Of a DNA stretch of 64,000 bases, positions 18,826 to 29,341 are shown in pieces. The notes below the pieces were generated by a model, which saw only the letters and a program-made list of their open reading frames with translations, was not told where the DNA came from and did not search any database. Every line of letters starts with the position of its first letter. Position 1 is the stretch's first letter. The position numbers were made by a program, and so were the translations under genes. Source of the stretch: Acidobacteriota bacterium (GTDB lineage: Bacteria > Acidobacteriota > UBA890); the NCBI GenBank assembly GCA_965216935.1, contig OZ244217.1, positions 601,827 through 665,826 on the forward strand. The letters run 5' to 3'.

Positions 18826-19725
18826 GTGACGATGAGCGACGAAACGAGAGACCCCGCCGAGACCCGCATGCGCCTGTTTTGCCGCGAGCAATTCGCTGCC
18901 TGCGTGACCACCCAGGACGCCGAAGTCGACCTGGCGAGCGCCGCATTGTGGCTCGCCGCCGAGGAATACCCGGACCTCGATCCTCAGATCTACCTCGGCC
19001 GCCTCGAGAGCCTTGCCGACCGGGTCCGCAATGCCTGGGGCCGGCGCACCGGGGCCTACGCGGCGCACGACGCCATGCGCTCGGTGCTGGTCGAGGAGCA
19101 GAGCTTCGGCGGCAATGCACACGACTACTACGACCCGCGCAACTCGTTCCTCAACGAGGTTCTCGACCGCCGTGTCGGCATTCCCATCAGCCTGTCGGTG
19201 CTGTGGATCGAGGTGGCCAAGAGAGCCGGTATTCCGATCGAGGGGGTCAATCTGCCAGGGCACTTCGTCATCCGTCTTTTGAACGGACGGGACTCGCTGC
19301 TGGTAGATCCGTTTTGTGAGGGCATGTTGCTTACCGCGGCGGAGTGCGAGGAGCGCCTGCGGCAGACACAGGGCGAGGGTTCGCGGCTGGCTCCCGAGGA
19401 CCTGGTCGCGGTCGGTCCGAAGCAGATCCTCGTCAGGATGCTGAACAATCTGCGCCTGATCTACCTCGAGTTGGAGGACTACGGCCGTGCCCTGGCGGTG
19501 GTGGATCGGTTGGCGCTGATCGTCGGCGATACGCCGAGGATGCGGCGCGACCGCGGGCTGTTGTTCGCTCGCCTGCAGATCTACGGCAAGGCCTGGGCCG
19601 ATCTGGCTGCGTATCTCGAAGCGGACGAAACCGACGGCCAGGGCGACGATCCTGACGACGAAGAGGGCACGCTGTTGCGCGAGCACCTCGAGCGCGTCCG
19701 CCACCTGGCGGCCGCCCCCAACTGA
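18826..19725 (+). CDS. Transglutaminase-like/TPR protein of the SirB1 (YchA) family
   Basis: Core RVGIPISLSVLWIEVAKRAGIPIEGVNLPGHFVIR typical of the transglutaminase-like core-2 / SirB1 N-terminal domain, followed by a TPR-like tail. Confidence 0.6.
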   Translation: MTMSDETRDPAETRMRLFCREQFAACVTTQDAEVDLASAALWLAAEEYPDLDPQIYLGRLESLADRVRNAWGRRTGAYAAHDAMRSVLVEEQSFGGNAHDYYDPRNSFLNEVLDRRVGIPISLSVLWIEVAKRAGIPIEGVNLPGHFVIRLLNGRDSLLVDPFCEGMLLTAAECEERLRQTQGEGSRLAPEDLVAVGPKQILVRMLNNLRLIYLELEDYGRALAVVDRLALIVGDTPRMRRDRGLLFARLQIYGKAWADLAAYLEADETDGQGDDPDDEEGTLLREHLERVRHLAAAPN

Positions 19726-19745
19726 ACCGCCGGGAGAACGCCACC

Positions 19746-20285
19746 GTGTTCCTATCGATGCAGCGAAGCGTTGCGGTCGTCGTCCTGGCGCTGTGCGTCT
19801 TGGGGGCAAGCACCGGCTGTGTGCAGCGCAATGTCGATCGCATCAACGGCGAAGAGGCCGACACGATCCCGCCACCGCCGCCGCCGCAAGCCGCGGGAGC
19901 GCAGGCGGCGGGTGAGGCAGAGGCGACGACCCGCATCGCCGGCGTGGTCGAGCTTTCCCCGGAGATCGCCGGCTCGGTCCCGGCCGGCTCGGTGCTTTAC
20001 CTGATTGTCCGCGTCGCCGGCCGTGAGGGCGGCGCTCCGCTCGCCGTGCAGCAGATCGCCACGCCGACGTTTCCGTTCTCGTTCGAGATCACCGAGCGCG
20101 ACTCGATGATCGAGGGCACGCCGCTGATCGGGGAAATGAGTGTCACCGCCCGCGTCGACCAGGACGGCAACGCGTTCACCTCCACACCGGGCGACCTGTC
20201 GGGCGTGACGTCGCCCGTGGTGGCCGGCGATGACGACATCGTCGTCGTCCTGGATCAGAGGGTGACCGGCGAAACGGGTTCATGA
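19746..20285 (+). CDS. Hypothetical lipoprotein
   Basis: Signal peptide with lipobox (VLGASTGC), Pro-rich linker, 179 aa. Coupled (ATGA) to the downstream gene. Confidence 0.55.
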   Translation: MFLSMQRSVAVVVLALCVLGASTGCVQRNVDRINGEEADTIPPPPPPQAAGAQAAGEAEATTRIAGVVELSPEIAGSVPAGSVLYLIVRVAGREGGAPLAVQQIATPTFPFSFEITERDSMIEGTPLIGEMSVTARVDQDGNAFTSTPGDLSGVTSPVVAGDDDIVVVLDQRVTGETGS

Positions 20286-21343
20286 GCGTCGCCGCGATTC
20301 TGGACGAGCGCGCGGTCGAGCACACCGAGGTTGCCGGCACCCGGCTACCCCTTCACTTCGGCGACCCCGCGGTGGAGTACGAGGCGGCGCACGCCGCCGC
20401 CGCGATCTGTCTTCGGGCCCACCGCGCCCTGGTCCGCGTTTCCGGCGCCGACCATCGTCGCCTGCTGAACGGCCTGCTCACCAACGAGATCCAGGCGTTG
20501 CCTTCCGGCGGCGGCTGCCGGGCGCTGTTTCTCGATACGAAGGGACATGTCCGCGGGGTACTGGAGCTGTGGGCCAGCGAAGACGAGCTGACCATCGGAT
20601 GTGATGCACCGTTCGTCGATGAGTCCCTGGCCGACCTGACGAAATACGTTCTTGCTGCCGACGCTCGTTTCGAGGATCTGCGTGCGACCCACAGCGTGCT
20701 GGCGGTCGTCGGCCCCGGTGCGGCGGCACTCGTGGCGGCCGCCGGAGCCGACCCGCCGCCGGACGCGCCCCACGCCCACGTGACCGGCAGCATCGGTGGG
20801 GTCCCTTTGGGTCTGGCGCGCACCCGGGATTCAGGCGCGGACGGTATCGAGCTGCACGTGGCGACCGAAGCAGCCGCGGCTGTTTGGAAAGCGCTCGAGG
20901 CGGCCGGTGGCGACGACCCGCCGCCGTGTCTCGGGTGGCAGGTCGCCGAGGCGATCCGCATCGAGGCCGGCGTGCCTCGGCTCGGGGCCGAGATCACCGG
21001 CGCGGAATTTCCGCAAGAGGCTCGCCTCGACGCCGCGGTGAACTACGAGAAGGGCTGTTATCTGGGGCAGGAAACGGTGGCCCGCATTCACTATCGCGGC
21101 CAGGTCAACCGGCTGTTGAGCGGTTTCGTCGGCGACGCGCCGGTCCCGGTGGGCGCAGAATTGATATCGTCGGATCAAGGGATCGGCACGGTGACGTCGG
21201 TTGCCACGTCGCCACGCCGGGGGCCCGTAGGCTTGGCGTACGTTCGGCGCGAGGAAGCCGAGGCCGGCGTCACGGCGCGGGCCCGCCTCGACGGCGAGGA
21301 CGTCGCGGAGGCTCGAGTCTCCGCCGTGTCCCTCGACGCTTGA
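20282..21343 (+). CDS. ygfZ: Folate-binding protein YgfZ/GcvT-like (aminomethyltransferase fold)
   Basis: ALVRVSGADHRRLLNGLLTNEI...KGCYLGQETVARIHYRG, characteristic of the YgfZ/GcvT family. Confidence 0.7.
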   Translation: MSVAAILDERAVEHTEVAGTRLPLHFGDPAVEYEAAHAAAAICLRAHRALVRVSGADHRRLLNGLLTNEIQALPSGGGCRALFLDTKGHVRGVLELWASEDELTIGCDAPFVDESLADLTKYVLAADARFEDLRATHSVLAVVGPGAAALVAAAGADPPPDAPHAHVTGSIGGVPLGLARTRDSGADGIELHVATEAAAAVWKALEAAGGDDPPPCLGWQVAEAIRIEAGVPRLGAEITGAEFPQEARLDAAVNYEKGCYLGQETVARIHYRGQVNRLLSGFVGDAPVPVGAELISSDQGIGTVTSVATSPRRGPVGLAYVRREEAEAGVTARARLDGEDVAEARVSAVSLDA

Positions 21344-21371
21344 TCCCGCAGCACCAAGGAGGAGAGAGGTC

Positions 21372-22124
21372 ATGTCGCTGAACCTCGGAGCGCGACTTAC
21401 GTACTACGGCCATTCCACCTTCCTGATCACCACGGAAGGTGGAGCTCGCTTGATGCTCGACCCGTGGATCTGGATCGGTGATCGCCCGGCCGGCGGGATG
21501 AACAACCCCTCGTGCCCGGAGGGCTTCCAGCCGATCGACTCCCTCGACGCGATTCTTCTCACGCACGGGCATTTCGACCACGTCGCCGATACGCTGCACG
21601 TCTTCGAGCAACACGGGCCGGAAGCGGTCGTTTGCAACTGGGAGATCGGCGAGTGGCTCAAACGCAAGGGCATTCCGGAGGCCGCCGTGCGGCAGATGAA
21701 CAAGGGCGGCACGCAGGAAGTCGCCGGGCTGCCGATCACCATGGTGCATGCCTTTCATTCGTCCGGAATGCTCGACGGCGACGACATCGTCTACGGGGGC
21801 GAGCCGGCCGGCTTCGTGATCGGCCTGGAGAGCGGCAAGCGGTTGTACTGCGCCGGGGATACCGCGGTGTTCTCCGACATGGCGTTGATCGCCGAGCTGT
21901 ACGCACCCGACGTGGCATTGCTGCCGATTGGTGACCTTTTCACCATGGGCCCGCGCGAGGCTGCGAAGGCCTGCGAGCTGCTTCGGGTCGGTACCGTCGT
22001 GCCGATCCATTACGGAACGTTCCCCGCCCTGACCGGAACGCCGGACGCGCTGCGCCGCGAGTGCGCCGAGCGTGGCCTGGCGGTAGAGGTCGTGGAGGTG
22101 CTTCCCGGTGACTCGGTGGATTGA
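21372..22124 (+). CDS. Metal-dependent hydrolase, metallo-beta-lactamase fold (UPF0173-like)
   Basis: LLTHGHFDHVAD motif (HxHxDH), 250 aa. Confidence 0.8.
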   Translation: MSLNLGARLTYYGHSTFLITTEGGARLMLDPWIWIGDRPAGGMNNPSCPEGFQPIDSLDAILLTHGHFDHVADTLHVFEQHGPEAVVCNWEIGEWLKRKGIPEAAVRQMNKGGTQEVAGLPITMVHAFHSSGMLDGDDIVYGGEPAGFVIGLESGKRLYCAGDTAVFSDMALIAELYAPDVALLPIGDLFTMGPREAAKACELLRVGTVVPIHYGTFPALTGTPDALRRECAERGLAVEVVEVLPGDSVD

Positions 22125-23856
22125 GCTGGCGATTGCCCTCGTGGTGCTGGGCAGCTCGGTCGGGCAAGCCCCCCCGCCGGGCAAGCTCTTCGACGCGGAG
22201 GTCGAGCTCCGGGCGGTTCTCCTCGAGTTCGGGGAGCTTTACGCGGAGCCATCCAGTGACGGGCGGATCATCGAGCGGCTGGCGGCGGGCACGGTGTTGG
22301 ACTACGTCGGCGAAACCACCGACGCGTTCGGCCGGACGTGGTACACGGTGCGCGATCCGAATCGGCATGTGCGGCGCCGGGACGCCTACCTGGTGCCCTT
22401 CAACGGGCGGCAGTTCCGCGCCTACGGCAATCGTGGCGCCGTTCTGGCCAACCGGCGGCCGGGACCGCCGGCACGACCGGGGCCGGCCCAAGGGCAGGGG
22501 CAGCGTGAAGAGGAGCCTCCCTGGTGGGAACCGGTCAATGTTCTCGAGCTCGGGCACAGCGCCAGCTTCGACGCGACGGTGGCGATAACGGCCCGGGCGC
22601 CACGCGAGCAGGACGTACGCGAGCTCATCGATCTGCTCGGCGGCATGGACGCGATTGCTACCTGGCCCGCCGATCCCGCCCCCGGACAACTTTTCGTGCC
22701 GACGATGGTTCCCGTGATCTTCCAGTTCGACGGCGCCGTGTGGGAAATCGCCCAGCCGGTTCGGCTTCTGGGGAAAGCCCTCGACCTGCTCGGCAACGGC
22801 ACGTTGCGGGTCGATCGGAGCACGCCGCCGCCGGCGGGCGGCCCGGTCCTGTACTGCTGGGAGCTGGTCGGCTCACTCGACCCCCGCAACCTGCTCGCCG
22901 GCAGCGTCGCCGTTGCGCCACCTCCTGCCGGACCGCAAGCCGGCCCGGTGCCGCCCGACCTGGGGCCGTTCGATCTTGCCCTGGCGCCGGAGGCGATCCG
23001 CCAGGTGTTGCCGCCGGCGCCTCCGGAGACGCGGGTACCGCCGCGTGTCGATCAGGCGGAGCCTCCGTCAGGCGTCGTGCTCGAGGACAACAACAGTCGC
23101 CAGGCGGTATACCTACAGCAGCGTCTCGGCCCGGCGATGACCCACGCGCTTCGCGGCCGGGCCCTGGCGGTGGACGCCGTTGCCCGTAATGCGCCCCGGT
23201 CCCAGGCGGCGGCCACGTTCGGCGTCGATATCGAGGTCGGTTTCGGCGATTCGAAGCCGCCGCTCAACATCGCCACTTCGTTCACGACGGCCGACGCCAG
23301 GCGCCGCTTCGAGTGGCCGTTCGAGGTTCCGGAGGATGCCGAAACGTTGATCGTACGCCTGCTGCCGCTCGATCGAACGCTGGCGGTCGAGCAACAGGGT
23401 TCGGTTGTTCTGGAGCGCGTATCACTGCGTCTCTCGGCCTGGGAAGCCGAGCCGCCGGCAGCCTCGTTTCTGCTCTATCGTGTCAGTGCCAGCGCATTCG
23501 AAGGGGCCGAGCTCCACACACGTGCGCCGATCGCGGTCACTTCTCGGCCGGTTGCCGACCTTCAGCGGGCATGGACCCGGGTCGCGACGTCGGACTGGCC
23601 GGAGGAAGACAAGGCACTCGTATTGGCCGGTGACGTCCGGCAGGGGATGACCATGGAGCAGGTGCGGGTGGCCTGGGGTGAGCCGGCGGAGACCTCCGAG
23701 GAGGGTGGCGGCGACATCCTGTGGGACTACCCGGATCGATTCGCCGTCTTCGCCGACGGCGAGGTCGTACTTTTTCGTCCCCGACCGGTCGTCGAAGAGG
23801 ACGTGACACGGAAGATCTGTCCCGGCGGCCCGGTGGCTGCGGAGCTGCGGCCCTGA
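22108..23856 (+). CDS. Hypothetical exported protein, Pro-rich segments, 582 aa
   Basis: N-terminal hydrophobic segment, then low-complexity Pro/Ala regions. No recognisable catalytic motif. Confidence 0.5.
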   Translation: MTRWIELAIALVVLGSSVGQAPPPGKLFDAEVELRAVLLEFGELYAEPSSDGRIIERLAAGTVLDYVGETTDAFGRTWYTVRDPNRHVRRRDAYLVPFNGRQFRAYGNRGAVLANRRPGPPARPGPAQGQGQREEEPPWWEPVNVLELGHSASFDATVAITARAPREQDVRELIDLLGGMDAIATWPADPAPGQLFVPTMVPVIFQFDGAVWEIAQPVRLLGKALDLLGNGTLRVDRSTPPPAGGPVLYCWELVGSLDPRNLLAGSVAVAPPPAGPQAGPVPPDLGPFDLALAPEAIRQVLPPAPPETRVPPRVDQAEPPSGVVLEDNNSRQAVYLQQRLGPAMTHALRGRALAVDAVARNAPRSQAAATFGVDIEVGFGDSKPPLNIATSFTTADARRRFEWPFEVPEDAETLIVRLLPLDRTLAVEQQGSVVLERVSLRLSAWEAEPPAASFLLYRVSASAFEGAELHTRAPIAVTSRPVADLQRAWTRVATSDWPEEDKALVLAGDVRQGMTMEQVRVAWGEPAETSEEGGGDILWDYPDRFAVFADGEVVLFRPRPVVEEDVTRKICPGGPVAAELRP

Positions 23857-23942
23857 GTGCCCCGGAGGGCGCCCCGACCGGTCGCCGATACTGGATCGGT
23901 GTCCTTCTGTACGTCGTCGCGCTGCTGTCGATTCAGTCCGTC

Positions 23943-24455
23943 ATGGGCTACGGCATCGACGGATTCAAGCAGCTCTGGGGAGAGGATGCCCTCGAGGTCG
24001 TCGCTTCCCTGATCGTCGTCGCCGGTGGACTGGCTGTCCTGTGGGCGGGAACGAAGATCTGGGCCCGTTGCACGGGGGTGGAGCTCGCCTCGATCGCCCT
24101 CGGCCTGGCACTGTACGGCGCCGGCACGTTTACTGCCCGCTACCCGCAGGAGCGCTTGCACTATCTCGGTTACGGCCTGCTGTCGATCCTGCTGTACATC
24201 GGCTTTCGTCGCAGCCGCGGAGCGGACAGCGGCCGAGCTTCAGCGCTGCGCTCGACGCTCTTCGCCGCCGCAGCCGCGGTCGCGCTCGGCACCGCCGTGG
24301 GGTTCACGGACGAGTTGCTACAGATTCTCTGGCCGCGCCGTTACTTCGACTGGGCCGACGTGGCGATGAACGTGGTCGCCGTCTCCGGCGGGCTGTTGGT
24401 GGCGATTCCCCTCGCGAATGCGCTCCGCCGGGAAGACCCGGGGCCGGGAGCGTAG
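23943..24455 (+). CDS. VanZ-like family membrane protein (start uncertain; in-frame GTG at 23721 would overlap the upstream gene by 135 nt)
   Basis: Four hydrophobic helices and the C-terminal motif FTDELLQILWPRRYFDWADVAMNVVAV, typical of VanZ-like proteins. Confidence 0.55.
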   Translation: MGYGIDGFKQLWGEDALEVVASLIVVAGGLAVLWAGTKIWARCTGVELASIALGLALYGAGTFTARYPQERLHYLGYGLLSILLYIGFRRSRGADSGRASALRSTLFAAAAAVALGTAVGFTDELLQILWPRRYFDWADVAMNVVAVSGGLLVAIPLANALRREDPGPGA

Positions 24456-24469
24456 GCTGCCGACCCTGC

Positions 24470-25522
24470 TCAGCTCCGGCGCGCCGACCGAGATGCCTGA
24501 ACGAACGCCTCGCCCTGATAAATGGGCATCGCGTCGCCCTCGATCTCCAGGTCGACGAAAGCTGCACTCTCGACGCCGTCTGCCTGCAGCAACGGCGGCA
24601 GCTCCGCAGCGGACACGGCGCCCGGCTCGGTCTCGTCGCCGATGTCGGCGTCCGGGTCAGCCGTGGCTTCGGTGACCGTTCCGGTCGGGCTCGTTCCGCC
24701 GCCGTCTCCGGGGATCGCCGCCGTGTCGGTCGAGTCCGTCGGCGCGTCGGGCCCGGCTGCGTTCGGGCGTCGGAAGCGCACCGTCAACTCGGCGCCGCGG
24801 GCCACACAGACGACCGGTGAGGCCACTCGGCCGAGGGCAGCGGATGCCAGAGCGGCGGAAATGCTGCCCGTTCCCGACGACAGCGTCTCGTCCTCGACAC
24901 CGCGCTCGTAAACACGGAAGTACAGCCGCTGATCGTCCTCGATGCGGACGAAGTCGACGTTTGCGCCACGCGGTGCCAGCTCCGGGTGGTTTCGAATCGC
25001 ACGGCCGAGAAAGCGAACCGCCAGCTCGTCCGGATTGTCGTGAAAGCAGACGAAGAAGGGGACACCGACCTCCACGTAGGTGCCCGTCAGGTCGCGACCC
25101 TCGACGCGAATCCGCCGATTCGGGTAGACCATCGCCCGGGTAGGGAGCTGCAGCCTGCAAAGATCGCCGTCGACCGTGGCGGTGATCCGGCCGACGTCGC
25201 TGTCGAAGCAGAGCGCGCTCGGGTCGGCCCCGGTGTCGACCAGGAAGCGAGCCACGCATCGGGCGCCGTTGGCCGAGATCTCGGCGTCGGAGCCGTCCGC
25301 GTTCCACAGGCGCATGCGGGCAATCGAGTCGCCGTCGTCGTCATCGGCCGGGCCGACCACGATCAACCCGTCCGCGCCGACCGACCGACCGCGACGACAA
25401 AGGGCCTTTGCCAGCGAGTCCGGGTCGCCCACGGGCTCGGCGTCGCGACCGTCGAGAATGATGAAGTCGTTTCCTGCCCCGCTGTATTTCGCGAACGAGA
25501 GGGGCCAGCGGCGTTTGCTCAA
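24470..25522 (-). CDS. dapF: Diaminopimelate epimerase with an acidic low-complexity C-terminal extension of about 95 aa
   Basis: DapF signatures SGAGNDFIILD, NADGSDAEISANGARCVARF and ERGVEDETLSSGTGSISAA. TTG start at 25522 overlaps the upstream stop (TTGA). The tail is PTDSTDTAAIPGDGGGTSPTGTVTEATADPDADIGDETEPG... Confidence 0.85.
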   Translation of the reverse strand: MSKRRWPLSFAKYSGAGNDFIILDGRDAEPVGDPDSLAKALCRRGRSVGADGLIVVGPADDDDGDSIARMRLWNADGSDAEISANGARCVARFLVDTGADPSALCFDSDVGRITATVDGDLCRLQLPTRAMVYPNRRIRVEGRDLTGTYVEVGVPFFVCFHDNPDELAVRFLGRAIRNHPELAPRGANVDFVRIEDDQRLYFRVYERGVEDETLSSGTGSISAALASAALGRVASPVVCVARGAELTVRFRRPNAAGPDAPTDSTDTAAIPGDGGGTSPTGTVTEATADPDADIGDETEPGAVSAAELPPLLQADGVESAAFVDLEIEGDAMPIYQGEAFVQASRSARRS

Positions 25523-27186
25523 GGTTTCCGGTCTCCGGGCTCCGTTCCGAGGGCGAGGGCGCTGAGGTTGCCCGCTCCGTCGACGGCTTCGATGGCGTAC
25601 ACGTAGCGAACGGATGGGTCGTTGTCGTTGTCTGTGTATCGGCTGAACGGAACGGGATCTTCGGTGAGCAGTTCCCAGCCGGCCTGCACCATCTCGTTCG
25701 GTGCCTGCGCCTCGTCTTCGCTCCCCGTGGCTGTCACCGACCCCGGCGGAAAGCCCGGCTGCTCCTCGTCGGACGTCGGGTCGAAGCGGGACGGGACCGT
25801 AGGGGCCGGAAACGCATGCCGGTAGACGCGGTAGCCGATCAGGTCGATCGACACCGATGGCGTCCAGCGCAGCGACACGCGACTGCCGGCGCGTGTCGCG
25901 TCGACCTCGGTCGGCGGCGCCGGGGGGAATCGGTCCACGACCCGGAAGGCGCTGGTCTTGAGGCCCTCGCTCTCGCGACGGATCGGGCCGGGTTCCACCG
26001 TGACGGCGCGAACCTCGTACACATAGTTCTCGTCCCACTGCATGCTGCCGTCGGTGTAGGTCGTCTGGTCCAGGGGAGACGCATTGAGGGGCTGCGGTCC
26101 TGCGATACCATCCGGCAGCATCCGGTACACGTTGTAGCGGACGGCGTCGGGATCGAGGCGACGCAGCGCCATATCGCCGGCGGGCGGGTCCCACGACAGC
26201 TCGACCCCGCCGGCCCCGATCAACACCGTCACGTCGGCCGGCGGCACGGGTACCGGGGCCGGCGCCAGCGCCACCAGCGATGCCACCTCGCCGGGAGTAT
26301 TCCGGGTCGATCGCCCGCGTGCGGCGAAGAAGTAGCGCGTGCGCAGGTCGTTGCCGGTCGATACGCCGACGGGAATGGCGACCTGCAACTGGCCGTCCAC
26401 CAGGAGCCCTTCCCACTGATCGATCGGGATTCGCCGCGAGATCGAGGCCCTGCCGAGGAACGCTCCCACCGGGAGCTGACGCTCGTAGGTCACCGACTGG
26501 AGAATCTCCTCGCTGGCGCGGGCAATTTCCCCCGGGTCGGGCAGCGGTTGCGGTTGGCCGGAGGCCAGAACCGTCGCCGGCAGGTTCATACGCGCCCATA
26601 GCGCGTCCACCGCTACTGCCAGGCGGCGGGCGCCGAGGAGCTCCGCTTCGGACGAAAGCCCCTGCAGGCGCCACTGCTCGCGCAGATCGACCGGCAACCG
26701 GAAGATGGCGTCCTCATCCGGATTGCGGCGCCGAACCGTCGTTACCGGGGCGTTCGGGTCGCCCGGTGGTGGCGGGGGCTCCCCGGCCGCGGTCGCGGCC
26801 TCTACTGCGGCGCGGGCCTCCGCGGCAGCCGCCTCGGCGGCGGCGTCCAGAATCATGACGTCGCGGCGACGCTCGAGCCCGGCGATAAGGGTCTCGACGG
26901 AGAGCGGCGGATAGCGTTCCGCGTACACCAGTACCTCGACCGACTCGAGCTCCATCTCCTCCGCTCCGATCGTCGCGCGAAGCGCGGGCGGTGGAAACCG
27001 GAGAATGCCGAACGTTCCCCGCTGGGCCGCGGTGAGCCCGTCGACCGGCGGAGGATTGGGATAGACGGGGGGCCGCGGGTCGCCCCGGCTGCCGCACGCG
27101 GCGAGCAGCGGGAGCACGAAAAGCGAAGCGAGCGCAAGGAACGAGCCGCGCGCCGTCGGCGAGGTGGCGATGAAAGGTGATCTCAC
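25519..27186 (-). CDS. Lipoprotein with fibronectin type III-like domains
   Basis: Signal peptide plus lipobox (LLAAC). Repeated segments ending YNVYR / YRVYR / [13 protein letters not shown], typical of FN3 strands. Coupled to hslU upstream (ATGA overlap) and dapF downstream. Confidence 0.55.
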   Translation of the reverse strand: MRSPFIATSPTARGSFLALASLFVLPLLAACGSRGDPRPPVYPNPPPVDGLTAAQRGTFGILRFPPPALRATIGAEEMELESVEVLVYAERYPPLSVETLIAGLERRRDVMILDAAAEAAAAEARAAVEAATAAGEPPPPPGDPNAPVTTVRRRNPDEDAIFRLPVDLREQWRLQGLSSEAELLGARRLAVAVDALWARMNLPATVLASGQPQPLPDPGEIARASEEILQSVTYERQLPVGAFLGRASISRRIPIDQWEGLLVDGQLQVAIPVGVSTGNDLRTRYFFAARGRSTRNTPGEVASLVALAPAPVPVPPADVTVLIGAGGVELSWDPPAGDMALRRLDPDAVRYNVYRMLPDGIAGPQPLNASPLDQTTYTDGSMQWDENYVYEVRAVTVEPGPIRRESEGLKTSAFRVVDRFPPAPPTEVDATRAGSRVSLRWTPSVSIDLIGYRVYRHAFPAPTVPSRFDPTSDEEQPGFPPGSVTATGSEDEAQAPNEMVQAGWELLTEDPVPFSRYTDNDNDPSVRYVYAIEAVDGAGNLSALALGTEPGDRKP

Positions 27187-28613
27187 AGGATGTACTTCGA
27201 CAGGTCCTCGTCGGTGACCAGGTCATCGAGCGCATCGCGCACGTAGGCCGCGTCGATGGTCACGTGCTCGCCGGATCGTTCGGAAGCCGTGAACGAGAGC
27301 TCCTCGACCACGTGTTCCATCACCGTGTGCAGCCGGCGAGCGCCGATGTTCTCCGAGCGATCATTCACCAGAGCGGCGTATTCAGCAACAGCCTCGATGG
27401 CGTCGTCCGTAAATGTGATCTCCACGCCTTCGGTTCGCAGCAGGGCCGAGTACTGTCGCACGAGCGAGTTTTCCGGTTCGGTGAGGATTCGCACCAGGTC
27501 GCCGCGTTCCAGGGGATCGAGCTCGACCCGGATCGGAAAGCGACCCTGCAACTCGGGAATCAGATCGCTCGGCTTGGTCATGTGGAAAGCGCCGGCGGCG
27601 AGAAACAGGATGTGGTCGGTACGCACCATGCCGTAGCGAGTGTTGACCACGCTGCCTTCGACGATCGGCAGGATGTCGCGCTGAACCCCCTCGCGCGAGA
27701 CGTCGGGGCCGGAGCCGCCGTGGCGGCCGGCGATCTTGTCGATCTCGTCGAGGAAGATGATGCCCGAGCTCTCCACCCGCCGAATCGCCTCCCGGGTGAT
27801 TTCCTGCTCGTCCAGCAGGCCCTCGGCCGCCTCGCGCTCGAGATGTTCCAGGGCGTCCGGAACCGACATCCGGCGCCGGGCGCTGCGGCCGCCGAACAGG
27901 CCCGGCATCATGTTGCGCAAGTTGACGTCCATCTGCTCGGCACCCTGGCCGGAGAAGATCTGAAAGCTGGGGAACTGGTTCTCGGTCACCGAGACCTCGA
28001 CGTTGCGGTCGTCGAGCTCTCCGTTGCGGAGCTGCGCCCGCAGTTTTTCGCGTGTCGCCCGTCGCTCGGCGCGAGTCTCGGGTTCCTGAGCGGGCTCCTC
28101 GCCCATCGCCGGCGCCGGCCGCGTCGGCGGTGGCGTCGGCGTCGGCGGCAGCAGCAGATCGAGCAGGTGTTCTTCCGCCTGCCGGCGCGCCTTCGGCAGC
28201 ACCTCTTCGGTCTTCTCTTCCTTGATCAGGTTGATGGCGATCTCGACCAGGTCGCGGACCATCGATTCGACGTCTCGACCGACGTAGCCCACCTCGGTGA
28301 ATTTCGTCGCCTCGACCTTGGAGAACGGCGATCCGGTGAGACGCGACAGCCGGCGGGAGATCTCCGTCTTTCCGACGCCGGTCGGCCCCATCATGATGAT
28401 GTTCTTCGGTGCCACCTCGTCGCGCAGGTCGTCGGGAAGGCGCATGCGGCGGCGCCGGTTGCGCATGGCGATCGCCACAGCGCGTTTGGCTGCCGCCTGT
28501 CCGACGATGAACTTGTCGAGCTCGGCGACGATTTCGCGCGGTGTCAGATGATCCGCGTCCGCGCTGTCGGTTGTCTGCACCGCGTCCATGCTCTCGGGCA
28601 GTCGTATCACCAT
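27183..28613 (-). CDS. hslU: ATP-dependent protease ATPase subunit HslU
   Basis: [37 protein letters not shown], Walker [17 protein letters not shown], full-length I-domain. Confidence 0.95.
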   Translation of the reverse strand: MVIRLPESMDAVQTTDSADADHLTPREIVAELDKFIVGQAAAKRAVAIAMRNRRRRMRLPDDLRDEVAPKNIIMMGPTGVGKTEISRRLSRLTGSPFSKVEATKFTEVGYVGRDVESMVRDLVEIAINLIKEEKTEEVLPKARRQAEEHLLDLLLPPTPTPPPTRPAPAMGEEPAQEPETRAERRATREKLRAQLRNGELDDRNVEVSVTENQFPSFQIFSGQGAEQMDVNLRNMMPGLFGGRSARRRMSVPDALEHLEREAAEGLLDEQEITREAIRRVESSGIIFLDEIDKIAGRHGGSGPDVSREGVQRDILPIVEGSVVNTRYGMVRTDHILFLAAGAFHMTKPSDLIPELQGRFPIRVELDPLERGDLVRILTEPENSLVRQYSALLRTEGVEITFTDDAIEAVAEYAALVNDRSENIGARRLHTVMEHVVEELSFTASERSGEHVTIDAAYVRDALDDLVTDEDLSKYIL

Positions 28614-28625
28614 CGGGCGATTCCC

Positions 28626-29180
28626 TTAGTTTTCCGCGCTGCCGGCGCTCAGGACCTCGATCGTCAGCTCGTGGTTCGTGTAGATGTCGATGTCGGCGGC
28701 AACGGTCACCGCTTCGCGGGCGACCGTCTCGGCATCGAAGTCGGTGTGCTGCAAGAGCGCTCGCGCCGCGGCCAGCGCCATCGGCCCTCCCGAGCCGATC
28801 GTCAGCACGCCGTCGTCGGGCTCGATGACGTCGCCGGTCCCGGACAACAAAACGGAAGTCTCCGCATCCGCGACGATCATCAGGGCCTGCAAGTTGCGCA
28901 GGCTACGGTCCATGCGCCAGTCTTTCGCCAGCTCTACGGCGGCGCGGCGCAGGTTGCCGCGAAACTCCTTCAGCTTGCCCTCGATGCGCTCCAACAGGGC
29001 GAGACCGTCGGCGGAGGATCCAGCGAAGCCGACCAGGACCTTGTCGTCGTGCAGCCGGCGGACCTTCTTCGCGCCGTGCTTCATGACGGTCGTGTCGAGG
29101 CTCACCTGGCCATCGGAGACCATCGCCACGGCGTCGCCGCGCCGTACGCAACAGACGGTCGTGTGGTGCCATTCGCTCAT
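28626..29180 (-). CDS. hslV: ATP-dependent protease peptidase subunit HslV
   Basis: TTVCCVRRGDAVAMVSDGQVS...GSGG. The catalytic Thr pair is preceded by MSEWHH. Confidence 0.93.
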   Translation of the reverse strand: MSEWHHTTVCCVRRGDAVAMVSDGQVSLDTTVMKHGAKKVRRLHDDKVLVGFAGSSADGLALLERIEGKLKEFRGNLRRAAVELAKDWRMDRSLRNLQALMIVADAETSVLLSGTGDVIEPDDGVLTIGSGGPMALAAARALLQHTDFDAETVAREAVTVAADIDIYTNHELTIEVLSAGSAEN

Positions 29181-29341
29181 CGAGTGATTGTAGCAATTGT
29201 GTCCCTGGGCGCCTTCGGCGCGAACGGCGGACGGTGCGACGCACGGCCGAGCGGTTCGACGATCGCGGCGGACGGTCGCGCCTCGCCGGTCTCCCGAGCT
29301 ACCGAATCCCCGTCCCCTCGGCTTCCGAACCCGCGGACTGT

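Noticed and set aside
23721-23942. Upstream GTG start for the VanZ-like gene.
   Set aside because: It would overlap the preceding gene by 135 nt and would add an Arg-rich non-membrane N-terminus. I kept ATG 23943 but flagged the uncertainty.
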